From: Nitrospinaceae bacterium
GTDB taxonomy: Bacteria; Nitrospinota; Nitrospinia; Nitrospinales; Nitrospinaceae
Length of the DNA stretch: 64,000 bases
Assembly: GCA_965223665.1 (NCBI GenBank)
Contig: OZ245011.1
Coordinates: forward strand, 2,752,001-2,816,000
Reading direction: 5' to 3'
Below, in pieces: positions 51,885 to 62,113 of the stretch. Both the position numbers and the translations under genes were made by a program. Numbering within the stretch: the first letter of the stretch is position 1; each line of letters begins with the position of its first letter. The notes under the pieces were generated by a model, which was not told the origin of the DNA, made no database searches, and saw nothing but the letters and a program-made list of their open reading frames with translations.

Positions 51885-52736
51885 TTAATTTATTGAATTT
51901 GCCATTTTAAATGCGGATAGCGTATTTTGCATGAGCATTGCGATTGTCATAGGACCCACTCCTCCAGGGACGGGTGTTAAATACCCAGCTTTTTCAGCCA
52001 CCTCGTTAAAAGATACATCTCCAACAAGTTTATCATCTACTCGATTGATACCAACATCAATAACCACCGCGCCAGGTTTCACCATTTCGGCTGTAACAAA
52101 ATTGGGTTTACCAATTGCCGCTACTAAAATGTCAGCAGATTGAGCAATATTCTGCAAATTTTTGGTTCTAGAATGGCATATGGTAACGGTAGCATTTTGT
52201 TTTAAAAGTAAAAAAGCCATGGGTTTGCCAACAATATTGCTTCGTCCCAATATCACAGCATGTTTACCTTCAATATCAATGTTGTAAAATTTTAACATTT
52301 CCATAATCCCTGCAGGAGTACAAGGAGTTAGAGGATTACCACCTCCCGCTAAGTGACCAAAATTGATTGGATGAAATCCATCTACATCTTTTTGAGGATC
52401 AATAAATTCCAATACTTTTTGAGAATTTATTTGAGAAGGTAAAGGCAATTGCACCAATATTCCGTTAACTGAGTTATTTTGATTCAGGGTTAGGATTATA
52501 TCCAACAATTCTTTCTCGGATGTATTTTCTGAGAGATGGTGAGAAAAGGATTCAAAACCCAACTTTTCACAAGTTTTGTTTTTGTTTCTGACGTAAACTG
52601 CAGATGCAGGGTCTTCACCTACAAGAACCACAGCCAATCCAGGAACTTTACCTGTATTTGATTTCAATTTTTCCACTTCCGCAGCGATTTTTGCCTTTAT
52701 CTCTGCAGATACTTTTTTTCCATCAATTAGAGTCAT
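51885..52736 (-). CDS. folD: Methylenetetrahydrofolate dehydrogenase/cyclohydrolase
   Basis: S..YV..K, ILVQLPLP, KDVDG, GRSNIVGKP and PGGVGPMT motifs. Confidence 0.97.
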   Translation of the reverse strand: MTLIDGKKVSAEIKAKIAAEVEKLKSNTGKVPGLAVVLVGEDPASAVYVRNKNKTCEKLGFESFSHHLSENTSEKELLDIILTLNQNNSVNGILVQLPLPSQINSQKVLEFIDPQKDVDGFHPINFGHLAGGGNPLTPCTPAGIMEMLKFYNIDIEGKHAVILGRSNIVGKPMAFLLLKQNATVTICHSRTKNLQNIAQSADILVAAIGKPNFVTAEMVKPGAVVIDVGINRVDDKLVGDVSFNEVAEKAGYLTPVPGGVGPMTIAMLMQNTLSAFKMANSIN

Positions 52737-52924
52737 CTAAACCTCGAAGCCGATTAACAATAGTTGCTAAATAGCACTTAATTGAAGGCTCATATTACCA
52801 GAACCGTAAACAAAAAGAAGGTAGATTTTAAACTCAAAAAGTTTTAATAAATGAAAATCTATAACATTATAGGGATCAGTAGCTTGGTAGGTTTAAACCA
52901 ACATTTGAAATTTGAAAGGACAAA

Positions 52925-53770
52925 CTAAAAAAACATATTCATTACACTTTTTAATTGCATGTCTACTTGGACGGAAATGGATTCTAAATCCTTCGGGTTT
53001 ATCCTTAGTTTTTCTAAACAATTCTTTTCCAATTCCGTTGTAGCAAACTCAGCATCAAATCCATTATTCATTTCATCAGTAATAAATTCAGCTAGGTGCA
53101 ATACTGAAGATTCAATCTGAAAGTTATTAGATTTCGCAGTTTGATGGTGTCCGGAAACCATTTCTATTAATCTCGCGGGCATTTCCCAGTTTTTTAGTAA
53201 TTCAGCGCTCATATCTGAATGATCAAACCCTAAAATCTTTTTTTCTGATAAATAAATACATTCATTCTCTCGCTTACTCATATCCAAACACTGCCGGGAT
53301 AAATCAGGTTCTAATTTTAAAAACACCAATATCCCTATATCATGGAGAATCCCACCTAGGTAGTATCTTTCACCATGCAGGTCATTGCAAAACTTTGCTA
53401 TGGTTTTTGCCGCTAATCCACAGGTAATACTATGTCGCCAAAATTTTTGCATATTGTAAATGCTACTAGGAATTCCTTTAAATTGATTGATGACTAAAGT
53501 TGAAAGTATCAAGTCAGACAATTGTTCCATACCAATAATTGAGATCGCATGAGAAATGGTTTCAACATTTCTTTCAAACCCATAAAAAGAACTATTTACA
53601 ATTTTTAATAATCGAGCAGAGAGACCTGGATCGCAACTTATTATCCACCCAAAATCTTGAAAGGTTTTTTCAGGATCTTTTAATGCGGATTGGAGTTCAA
53701 TAAAAATTTTTGGCAGGGAAAAAACTTCTGAATTAGTTTGAATTATCTCTCTTGGGCTCAATATACTCAT
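52925..53770 (-). CDS. HDOD-domain signalling protein
   Basis: DPGLSARLLKIVNSSFY, FWRHS and GILHDIG motifs; paralog of 13871-14725. Confidence 0.92.
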   Translation of the reverse strand: MSILSPREIIQTNSEVFSLPKIFIELQSALKDPEKTFQDFGWIISCDPGLSARLLKIVNSSFYGFERNVETISHAISIIGMEQLSDLILSTLVINQFKGIPSSIYNMQKFWRHSITCGLAAKTIAKFCNDLHGERYYLGGILHDIGILVFLKLEPDLSRQCLDMSKRENECIYLSEKKILGFDHSDMSAELLKNWEMPARLIEMVSGHHQTAKSNNFQIESSVLHLAEFITDEMNNGFDAEFATTELEKNCLEKLRINPKDLESISVQVDMQLKSVMNMFF

Positions 53771-53803
53771 AAAATCAGTACAAAGGAAATTATTGGGGAA
53801 AAA

Positions 53804-55315
53804 TTATTTTGTAATTGGCTTATCAATTTGTAGTTCTTTTATCAACCTGGATAGGTAGGAACGCTGCACTTCTAGAATTTTAGCAGCTTGAGTTCGGTTG
53901 CCTTTAGTGGATTTCAGAGTATTCGTAATAAAGGAACGGCGGAACACATCTGTTGCCTCTTTTAAAGTAGAACCCACAGTTATTTCAAAAGGTGCCTGAG
54001 TAGATTCAAAGGCAAATGAGTCTGGAGTGATTTCCTCTTTGTCCTCCAAAACAATAGCGCGTTCTACTGCATTTTCGAGTTGACGAATATTCCCTGGCCA
54101 ATTATATCCCTCTAAAAATGGAATTAAACCTTTTTGCAAAACCTTGGGAGTCTGTCCCTCCGGAGTATGCTTTCTAATAAAAAAGTTAATTAAGTCAGGA
54201 ATATCTTCCTTTCTTTCTCTTAAGGGAGGCAATGCAATATTAACTACATTGATTCTGTAATATAAATCCTGCCGAAAAGTCCCTTCGCTAACCATCTTAT
54301 CTAAATCTTGATTGGTCGCTGAAATAATACGAACATCAACATTAGTTGGTGTGGTGCCTCCCAGGCGGAGAAACGATTCCTCTTGTAATACCCGAAGCAG
54401 TTTGACTTGCATATCTAGGGGCATTTCTCCAATCTCATCAAGAAAAAGAGTTCCTCCATTAGCGGCTTCAAACAAACCGATTTTTCGACTATCTGCTCCT
54501 GTAAATGATCCTTTTTCATGTCCGAATAATTCTCTTTCCAAAATTGAGGCAGGTAACGCCCCACAGCTAACAGATACAAATGGTTTAGTTTGACGAGAAC
54601 TAAAGTCATGAATTAAATGAGCAAATAATTCTTTTCCTGTTCCGCTTTCTCCTGACAGTAGCACTGCGGCTTTAGAATTGGCTACTTTCTCGGATTGGCT
54701 GATACAAACCTTAATAGGAGGACTTTCTCCCACAATGGTGTACCGTTGCATATATTTTTGCTGCAGTCGGTCAAACTCCTCACCCAACATTTCGTTACTG
54801 CGAGCTACCTGAAAAAACATGGCCATCATATTTGAAAATCGATCCAAAATTTCGACATCCAATTCTGAAAAAATGGATCCGTCCATCTTATCTAAAAACT
54901 GTACTACCCCTATGACTTTGTTATGGTTCATTAGTGGAAGACAAGCAATGGATTGAACATCCATATCCGTCATTTCACTTACTTTACTCAACCAACGTCG
55001 ATCACTATGAACATTATTTGATACGATGGCTTCCCCGGTCTCCGCAACTGTACCGGCTAACCCAACACCTTGAGGAATTTCTACCATCTTCAATTGTTTC
55101 GAACTTAAACCCGAAGCTTGGTAAAACTGAAGTGATTTAGTAGACTCATTTAACATCAAAAGGGAGGCATTTTTGGCTCCCACAGTTTCAACAGCGCACT
55201 CCAAAGCAACACTAATTAATTCGTCTACTTCTTTAAAAGCTGTTTTAAAAAGGGTGGAAATTTTTCGAAGGGTTTGTATGTTGGCGTAACTATCAATTTG
55301 TTTCATATTTATCAA
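53804..55315 (-). CDS. Sigma-54-dependent transcriptional activator (GAF + AAA+ + Fis HTH)
   Basis: N-terminal GAF; GESGTGKE, ELFGHEKGSFTGA, FLDEIGE, WPGNIRQL; C-terminal GNRTQAAKIL HTH. Confidence 0.95.
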   Translation of the reverse strand: MINMKQIDSYANIQTLRKISTLFKTAFKEVDELISVALECAVETVGAKNASLLMLNESTKSLQFYQASGLSSKQLKMVEIPQGVGLAGTVAETGEAIVSNNVHSDRRWLSKVSEMTDMDVQSIACLPLMNHNKVIGVVQFLDKMDGSIFSELDVEILDRFSNMMAMFFQVARSNEMLGEEFDRLQQKYMQRYTIVGESPPIKVCISQSEKVANSKAAVLLSGESGTGKELFAHLIHDFSSRQTKPFVSVSCGALPASILERELFGHEKGSFTGADSRKIGLFEAANGGTLFLDEIGEMPLDMQVKLLRVLQEESFLRLGGTTPTNVDVRIISATNQDLDKMVSEGTFRQDLYYRINVVNIALPPLRERKEDIPDLINFFIRKHTPEGQTPKVLQKGLIPFLEGYNWPGNIRQLENAVERAIVLEDKEEITPDSFAFESTQAPFEITVGSTLKEATDVFRRSFITNTLKSTKGNRTQAAKILEVQRSYLSRLIKELQIDKPITK

Positions 55316-55344
55316 AGAAAAATGATTTGAAAACGCTAAAGCAA

Positions 55345-55387
55345 ATTGTATACATTTTTCAAATATATTGAAAGAACTGTATACAAT
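55345..55387. promoter_or_regulatory. Pair of TGTATACA palindromes upstream of the sigma-54 activator gene
   Basis: TGTATACA at 55347-55354 and 55378-55385, 31 nt apart. Confidence 0.5.
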
Positions 55388-55571
55388 ATTTTTTAATTTT
55401 TTATGAATTTGACAATTTATTGTTACCTTTACAGGTTAAATGAATTTTTTCAAAATAATAAAAAAATTTTTAACCACCACTCTAAAATTCTATAATCTCT
55501 AAGAATTGGGATATAATCAGACTAAATCGAAGCTAAAAAGTTCTTATTTTTAAACAAGTTATAGTAATTTA

Positions 55572-57530
55572 ATGAAAAAATCAGATTTTTTCAAATCTCA
55601 TTTAGGAAGTGTAATTTTTTTTACACTTTTAACCATATTTACCTATTGGGGAACTTTTCAGGTTCCATTCTTATATGACGATATTCACGCAATTGTCCAA
55701 AACCCTAAAATTCAAGACTTTTCACAAATTGGGAAATTATTAAATATTGAAAACCTGTTTAATAGGCCCATCCTCAACATTTCTTTTGCCATCAACCGGG
55801 ACTTAAACGGATTAAATGTATGGGGTTATCACATCGTGAATTTAGGAATCCACATTGGAGTGGGAATCCTTTTATATTTTTTTGCGGGAAAATGCTTACA
55901 GCTTATTCCCCATGAACGTAGAAGCAGTTACCGGTTTTTGCCTTTAACTGCAACACTGATCCATTTAATTCATCCATTAAATGTGCAAGCCGTGGTTTAC
56001 CTCTCCAGTCGCTCAGTACTTTTGGTCACCTTGTTTTATCTTAGTTCAACTTTAAGTTTTATAAAATTTTTCGAACAGTGGGACCGATCAACTTTTGACT
56101 CAAAATGTATATTTTGGCTATTACTGGGTCTTTTCCTTTTCTTTTTAGGTTGTGGAACGAAAGCCATCATAGTTACCCTACCTGTAATGGGTCTAATTTT
56201 TTACTATTTAAATTGCGACATTGAAAATAGAAAAATGGACTCCACCTTAATAATAATGATATTAGCTCCTCTTTTCTTTTACTTAATTTATCGAGGGCAT
56301 ACATTTGGAAATATTTTTGTTTTAACTACCGAGCATGAGTCCATGCAGATGTCGCGGATGCTTTATTTACTCACACAAATTAAAGCATTTATTTTTTACT
56401 ATTTGCTAAAATGGTTCTATCCCATCAATTTAAATTTCGAACCAGATTTTAGGTTGATAAATGGACCTGAAGACCCGCAGTTTATTGTTGCTGCCCTTAT
56501 ACTTCTGGTTGGAATAATAATTTTTTTAAAAAGCAAATCTCAAATATTAAAGTTTTTTTTCCTCTGGGCTTTAATCACCTTAGCACCCACCTCCAGTTTA
56601 GTTCCGTTAAAACAAATCGTCACCGAACACCGATTTTATTTACCTGGAATAGGAGTTTGTTTAGGAATTGGTATAGTTTTAGTTTCTGCAATGAATTATT
56701 CAAAAAAATTACTTTATCTAATTGGAATAGCCTTACTTTTCTTAATTATCCTTAACCAGGTAAGAAGTAGTGACTTTAAAGATTCTGTTTCAATATGGGC
56801 CGACACCGCAAAAAAGTCTCCCCAAAAAGCCTTGGTACATAATAATCTCGCCGCCGCTTATCTGGAAAAAAAAATGTTTAGCGAAGCGGAGCAGGCCTTA
56901 AAAACAACTCTGGTTTTAAACCCTAATAGTGATCATGCTCGTATCAACCTGGGTGTTTTATTGATTCAAAAAAAGAAATATCAAGAAGCTGTAGACGAGT
57001 TTTTTCAGGCCATAAAACTTGGAACTCGAGATCCCAACGCTTATTACAATGCAGGTTTAGCACTTTTAGAATTGGACCGAGCTGAAGAATCACTTCCTTA
57101 TCTTCGGGAGGCTGTAAAGCTCAAACCTCAATCTGCTCAATATCATTTTGATTATGGAAAGGCTCTACAAAAAAATAAATTGTTCGACGATGCACTTAAA
57201 GAATATAGAACAAGCCTAAATATCCAACCCAATAATTTTAAAGCTCATAATAATAGAGGCACTATTTTTTGGAATTTGAAATCATATTACTTTGCTGAAG
57301 CAGCCTTCCAACAAGCATATCTATTGAATAAACATTCAATTACAACGCTTAATAATTTAGCCAGTGCCAATTTGGTCCTTAAAGATTATGACGCCGCAAT
57401 CCGATACTTAAAAGAGACCCTTGCAATAGACCCCGAAAATGATAATGCCCGCCAAATGTTAATTGCGGCCAAAAGAATGAAAGAAAACTACAAAAATGAA
57501 CCCCCACCAAAAAGCAAAGGATTCCACTAA
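55572..57530 (+). CDS. TMTC-like GT-C membrane protein with C-terminal TPRs (putative protein O-mannosyltransferase)
   Basis: F.YDD..I..NP, RP, H..N...H, HP....AV.Y.S.R and EHR.YLP motifs, followed by TPRs. Confidence 0.85.
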   Translation: MKKSDFFKSHLGSVIFFTLLTIFTYWGTFQVPFLYDDIHAIVQNPKIQDFSQIGKLLNIENLFNRPILNISFAINRDLNGLNVWGYHIVNLGIHIGVGILLYFFAGKCLQLIPHERRSSYRFLPLTATLIHLIHPLNVQAVVYLSSRSVLLVTLFYLSSTLSFIKFFEQWDRSTFDSKCIFWLLLGLFLFFLGCGTKAIIVTLPVMGLIFYYLNCDIENRKMDSTLIIMILAPLFFYLIYRGHTFGNIFVLTTEHESMQMSRMLYLLTQIKAFIFYYLLKWFYPINLNFEPDFRLINGPEDPQFIVAALILLVGIIIFLKSKSQILKFFFLWALITLAPTSSLVPLKQIVTEHRFYLPGIGVCLGIGIVLVSAMNYSKKLLYLIGIALLFLIILNQVRSSDFKDSVSIWADTAKKSPQKALVHNNLAAAYLEKKMFSEAEQALKTTLVLNPNSDHARINLGVLLIQKKKYQEAVDEFFQAIKLGTRDPNAYYNAGLALLELDRAEESLPYLREAVKLKPQSAQYHFDYGKALQKNKLFDDALKEYRTSLNIQPNNFKAHNNRGTIFWNLKSYYFAEAAFQQAYLLNKHSITTLNNLASANLVLKDYDAAIRYLKETLAIDPENDNARQMLIAAKRMKENYKNEPPPKSKGFH

Positions 57531-59298
57531 TCCCTCATTTTGGAAAGAATGTTCTTTTATCTTTTTGTTGGGATTCGGAATTTATTATTCCCATCTCAAT
57601 TATCCATTTCAATTTGATAGCGTTCAATTCATTCCAGACAATCCGGTTTTTAGAAATTTGGACCAGGTTTTAAACCTAAATTATGTATTAAAAAACTTTT
57701 TTAACCGAGGAACATTGTTTTTGACCTTTGGATGGAATGTTCTTTGGGGTGCTTTTGATCCTTTTGGGTTTCATCTGTTTAATTTAGTTTTACATTTATA
57801 TAATTCAATTTTGATATTTTTTATCACTTGGCATTTTTGCCAATATTTTAAAATAACGGGAGTTTACGAAAATTCTTCCATAAAAAAATGGGTAAGCCTT
57901 GGAACCGCTCTCCTTTTTTTAGTCCATCCTATCCAAACGGAATCTGTAATTTTAGTAGTCAGCCGTTCCGAACTTTTAGCAGGATCCTTTTATCTTTCAG
58001 GGTTTTTAATTTTTCAAAAACTATTAACACCAAGAACTAATTCAAGCAATTTTTATCAAAAGATCGGGGTCTCCTTAATTATTTTATTGTGCTGGCTTAT
58101 AAGTTTTAGTTCAAAGCAATCCGCAATAACTCTTCCAGCAATTCTATTTGCCTATTATTTTTTGAGTCAACCCTCAAACTCTCCCGCACTTCAATGGTTA
58201 AAAATTTGGAAATGGAAGATCTTAGGCTTGGTTTTCATAGGATCAACTCTTCTTTTTTATAAACTTCTTACAGATGAATCCTTCCTGATTGGACCTTCTG
58301 TTGCCGGTGAAATTATCGGCCGGAAGAATTACATGTTAAGCCAACCAACGGTTATCGTCTTTTATTATTTAAAGTTGCTGTTGTTTCCCATTAATTTAAA
58401 TGTCGACCCAACGATGCCAATGATTCAATCTCTTGGATCATTTAAATTTTGGATTGCCTTATCAATACTCATTTCATCTTTTCTTGTTTCTCTAAAAATA
58501 AAATGGTCGAAGCCGGCTCTATTTTCTATTTCCTGGTTTCTTATTACACTTTCTCCTTCCTCCTCGATTATTACCCTACTGGATTTAGCCGCCGAACACA
58601 GAGTCTATTTAGCTTCATTCGGATTTTTTATTATTTTTGTTCTGGTTATTTTTTGGTTAAGCGATCAAATAAAAAAAACTGTAAGTGCAAAATCCTGTCA
58701 ACCCATCTTTGTTGCAATTTTGGTAAGCGTTTTAATTTTGAACTGTACCCTGACTATGAAAAGAACATCAGTTTGGTCTAGCGAAATTAATTTATGGCAT
58801 GATGCAGAAAAAAAATCTCCCCAAAAAGTCCGGCCGTTAGTGAATTTAGGCAGGGCTTACACTTTAATCGGACAACCGGAAAAAGCAATTGATTATTATG
58901 AAAGATCTCTTGCTAGAAACTCCGGATATTTTCAAACTCATTACAATGTTGCGGTTTTATACTTGAACAAAGGTCAAGAAGATAAAGCTTTAAACCATTT
59001 TCAAAAAGCTGCTGGTCTAAATCCAAATATTGCAGATACACATATCTATTTGGCCAATATTTTTTTGAAAAGAAAAGAGTTTCAAAAAACCACCCTACAC
59101 TTAAAAAAAGCCGTTGAGATAAACCCAAAAAACGCCGAAGCCTTTCGTACGTTAGGTGCCATTCATTTTTTTGAACTCAATCAAAAATCCGAAGGCGTTG
59201 CTTATTTTAAACGATCAATTTTCCTGAATCCCAACCAGCAGGGAGCCGACTTGATACAAAATTTAATTCAGCAGCATAATAAAAATCCAAATTCTTAA
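57496..59298 (+). CDS. TMTC-like GT-C membrane protein with C-terminal TPRs, paralog 2
   Basis: FQFDS..I.DNP, H..N..LH, HP.QTESV...SRSE and EHRVYL motifs, followed by TPRs. Confidence 0.85.
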   Translation: MNPHQKAKDSTNPSFWKECSFIFLLGFGIYYSHLNYPFQFDSVQFIPDNPVFRNLDQVLNLNYVLKNFFNRGTLFLTFGWNVLWGAFDPFGFHLFNLVLHLYNSILIFFITWHFCQYFKITGVYENSSIKKWVSLGTALLFLVHPIQTESVILVVSRSELLAGSFYLSGFLIFQKLLTPRTNSSNFYQKIGVSLIILLCWLISFSSKQSAITLPAILFAYYFLSQPSNSPALQWLKIWKWKILGLVFIGSTLLFYKLLTDESFLIGPSVAGEIIGRKNYMLSQPTVIVFYYLKLLLFPINLNVDPTMPMIQSLGSFKFWIALSILISSFLVSLKIKWSKPALFSISWFLITLSPSSSIITLLDLAAEHRVYLASFGFFIIFVLVIFWLSDQIKKTVSAKSCQPIFVAILVSVLILNCTLTMKRTSVWSSEINLWHDAEKKSPQKVRPLVNLGRAYTLIGQPEKAIDYYERSLARNSGYFQTHYNVAVLYLNKGQEDKALNHFQKAAGLNPNIADTHIYLANIFLKRKEFQKTTLHLKKAVEINPKNAEAFRTLGAIHFFELNQKSEGVAYFKRSIFLNPNQQGADLIQNLIQQHNKNPNS

Positions 59299-59371
59299 AG
59301 CACTAAAACAAAATTGTCCGCAAAAGGGAATTGTTCTTCCCTAAAGGTTATGGTACCTTTTGGAATCTAGT

Positions 59372-59455
59372 GCCGAAGTGGTGGAATTGGTAGACGCGCT
59401 GGATTCAAAATCCAGTGGGGGCAACCCCGTGAGAGTTCGAGTCTCTCCTTCGGCA
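59372..59455 (+). tRNA. tRNA-Leu (anticodon CAA); CCA end not encoded
   Basis: Acceptor stem GCCGAAG/CTTCGGC; D-loop GGTAGAC; anticodon arm CTGGA-TTCAAAA-TCCAG; long variable arm GGGGCAACCCC; T arm GAGAG-TTCGAGT-CTCTC. Confidence 0.97.
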
Positions 59456-59553
59456 CTCTTCCTTTTCCAATTCCAAAGAAAATATTTCCTTCCCTACAAA
59501 TTTAAAAAATAACCTAAACCATTATTTGACAAATATCTCTAAGGAAAGATTAT

Positions 59554-61863
59554 TTATTCTATTGTTGATTTAATATTGTTAGATTTAAAAAACGAGGCGT
59601 AAGATTTATCCACCACTTTGATATGATTATTAAGCCAGTCCTTAAGGAAATTGAGTAGTTTATCGTCTATTTCTGTGTTTCCTTCTTTATAGCTTTGGAC
59701 AAACTCTTGAACCTGACTTACCAACTTTCTATGTTTATCTTTGTGCTGGTCAGTTTCAGGGTAACCATATTTATCGAATAAACGTTCCTCACAGGAAAAG
59801 TGAGCCACTGTGTAATCGACAATGTCAGTTAACACTATATCTAATACTTGTTTACCTCTATTTTCTAATTTAGCTCGATAGAGCTTATTAATTAAATGAA
59901 ACAAAATCTTATGCTGTCTATCAAATAATTCAATCCCTGTAATATAGCTTTCATCAAAGGTAATGTATTCTGGAAAATCTTGTTCAAGTTTATATTTAGA
60001 AACAAAGTCATTAAGCTGTGTAGCAATTTTATTTAAATGCTTTAAGGAACTTTGAGTCTTATTTGCACCCTGATCAGTACTTTGAGCCGCTTCGGCTACC
60101 CCTGAAATATTTTCAGCTATTTCTCCTGTTCCACGGGCCGCCTCGCTAACGTTACGTCCAATTTCCTGTGTGGTTACAGATTGCTCTTCCACCGCACTGG
60201 CAATTGTATTGGAAAAGTCATTCACTTGATGAATCACATTGGAAATTTCCTCAATGGCCAAAACAGCTTCTTTTGTATCACTTTGAATAGTTTCAATTTT
60301 TAAGGAAATATTTTCTGTAGCTTTAGATGTTTCTTTGGCAAGTTCTTTAACTTCGTTGGCCACAACAGCAAATCCTTTTCCCGCTTCCCCGGCTCGCGCT
60401 GCTTCGATGGTGGCATTTAACGCTAACAAATTGGTTTGTTCCGCAATACTGTTAATGACCTTTATCACCTCGCCAATTTCAGCACTACTTTCGCCCAAGC
60501 GAGAAACGATCTCATTAGTGGTCTTTGCAAATTGAACAGCCTCCGTAACCACTTTCGCCGCATCAGTAGAATTTTTTGATATTTCCTTAATACTCGCACC
60601 CATCTGTTCAGATCCAGCGGCGACTGTTTGAACATTTTTACTAACTTCTTCCGCAGCGGAAGAAACCATATTGGCTTGCGTAGAGGTTTGTTCTGCATTA
60701 TTTGCCATTGTTTGGCTCACGTGCGTCAACTCATCTGCCGAATCAGCTAATAATTGGATGGTTGAAGTTATTTCCAGGATGTCATGTCTTAAATCTTTAA
60801 AAAACTGATTGAGATCGTTACCCATTCTTCCAACCGTATCTTCTCCTTCAACAGCAATTTTTGCTGTCAAGTCTCCATGACTCGCCGCAGTAATAGCTTC
60901 TAAGATATTATTTACTTTAATTTTATGGTCGGCTTCCCTAAGTTTTTCTTTTTCTTCTAAGTCAATTGTAATTTTTTCCTTATTAGCCAACTCAGTTATC
61001 AAATTCCAAGAAACAATTGGACCTAAATATTCTCCATCTCTATCCATCAAGGGATTTATTTCAATTTGAAGAATCTCCTTTCCTAATTGAATTTTAGAAC
61101 TGTGAGGAAGATTACTGGGATCAGACACAATTTTTTTAGCTTGTTGCGGATTTTTATGAAAAATATCAATTGAACTTCCAATAATTTCATCAACATCACA
61201 AGGTAAATTATTGGAAAGGTGTTTAAAATTATTCTTCGCAGAGGTATTTATATATTTTATTTCCAAATTTTTTCTGGCGTCTGCAAACATTATGTTGTTT
61301 GGTAATTCATCGATAAATGCTTTGGTAAATTCGACTTCTTTTTCAAGCTTATTTTTGGATTGAGCAAAATTTAAAATTTTCTTAAGAGCTTTTCCTAACT
61401 CTCCTTGGCACTCATCAATTTGGTTTTCAGAAATAATACCTTTCTCAATATTTTCTGTTACATTTAAGAAGCTATTTATTTGAGATTTTAATTTACTTAC
61501 TATCAGTTTTGCTTTTCCTAACTCATCTGTACGCGAAATTTCTTTATGTTCGGGTATGGTCATTCCATGGGAAAAAACTTCTTTTAATGAGGATGTAAAT
61601 TCCCGAATATTTTTTGAAATGGATTTTGCAAATAAATAACCTATCAAGGAAAGGATTCCAATAGTCATCCAGAGAATTAAAGACAAATCAGCCTCGAGTT
61701 CTGATATCTCATTAATCCACTGCATATTTTGCAAATTGAGGTTTTTAATTTTTTTCAAGTAAGAATTGAATGTGGAGGAAACAATCAAAGTTTGAGTAAA
61801 CCCCATTGCAAGTAAAAATAAAACCCACTTATTTGGTATGCTAAGATTTTTCCACCAATTCAT
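59554..61863 (-). CDS. Methyl-accepting chemotaxis protein with PAS and C-terminal bacteriohemerythrin
   Basis: Two closely spaced TMs; PAS with [11 protein letters not shown] hairpin; C-terminal D.QH..LF, HF..EE, H...H and WL..HI...D. ATG at 61863 with a GAGG RBS. Confidence 0.93.
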   Translation of the reverse strand: MNWWKNLSIPNKWVLFLLAMGFTQTLIVSSTFNSYLKKIKNLNLQNMQWINEISELEADLSLILWMTIGILSLIGYLFAKSISKNIREFTSSLKEVFSHGMTIPEHKEISRTDELGKAKLIVSKLKSQINSFLNVTENIEKGIISENQIDECQGELGKALKKILNFAQSKNKLEKEVEFTKAFIDELPNNIMFADARKNLEIKYINTSAKNNFKHLSNNLPCDVDEIIGSSIDIFHKNPQQAKKIVSDPSNLPHSSKIQLGKEILQIEINPLMDRDGEYLGPIVSWNLITELANKEKITIDLEEKEKLREADHKIKVNNILEAITAASHGDLTAKIAVEGEDTVGRMGNDLNQFFKDLRHDILEITSTIQLLADSADELTHVSQTMANNAEQTSTQANMVSSAAEEVSKNVQTVAAGSEQMGASIKEISKNSTDAAKVVTEAVQFAKTTNEIVSRLGESSAEIGEVIKVINSIAEQTNLLALNATIEAARAGEAGKGFAVVANEVKELAKETSKATENISLKIETIQSDTKEAVLAIEEISNVIHQVNDFSNTIASAVEEQSVTTQEIGRNVSEAARGTGEIAENISGVAEAAQSTDQGANKTQSSLKHLNKIATQLNDFVSKYKLEQDFPEYITFDESYITGIELFDRQHKILFHLINKLYRAKLENRGKQVLDIVLTDIVDYTVAHFSCEERLFDKYGYPETDQHKDKHRKLVSQVQEFVQSYKEGNTEIDDKLLNFLKDWLNNHIKVVDKSYASFFKSNNIKSTIE

Positions 61864-62113
61864 AGTTTGTCGCCTCTGGAAATTTAAAGAGATAAAAACT
61901 TGTATTATATTCAATGCAATATAAACAAGTTAAATGAGTTAGGTAATTTTTGTCAAAAGATTTTATTTTAAAAAGTGCCTAAAAAGACACCATAAAAAAA
62001 TAGATTTTTATTGGTATTTTTTTTGATTTTTTATTCCAAAAATATTTCCTTTTTTTCCTAAAACCACTATTATTATTAATTCTCAATTTTGTGATTTTTG
62101 CGTTTACAACCTT

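Noticed and set aside
59372-59553. tRNA-Leu as an integration site for an island or prophage
   Set aside because: No integrase nearby and no duplicated tRNA 3' end noticed.
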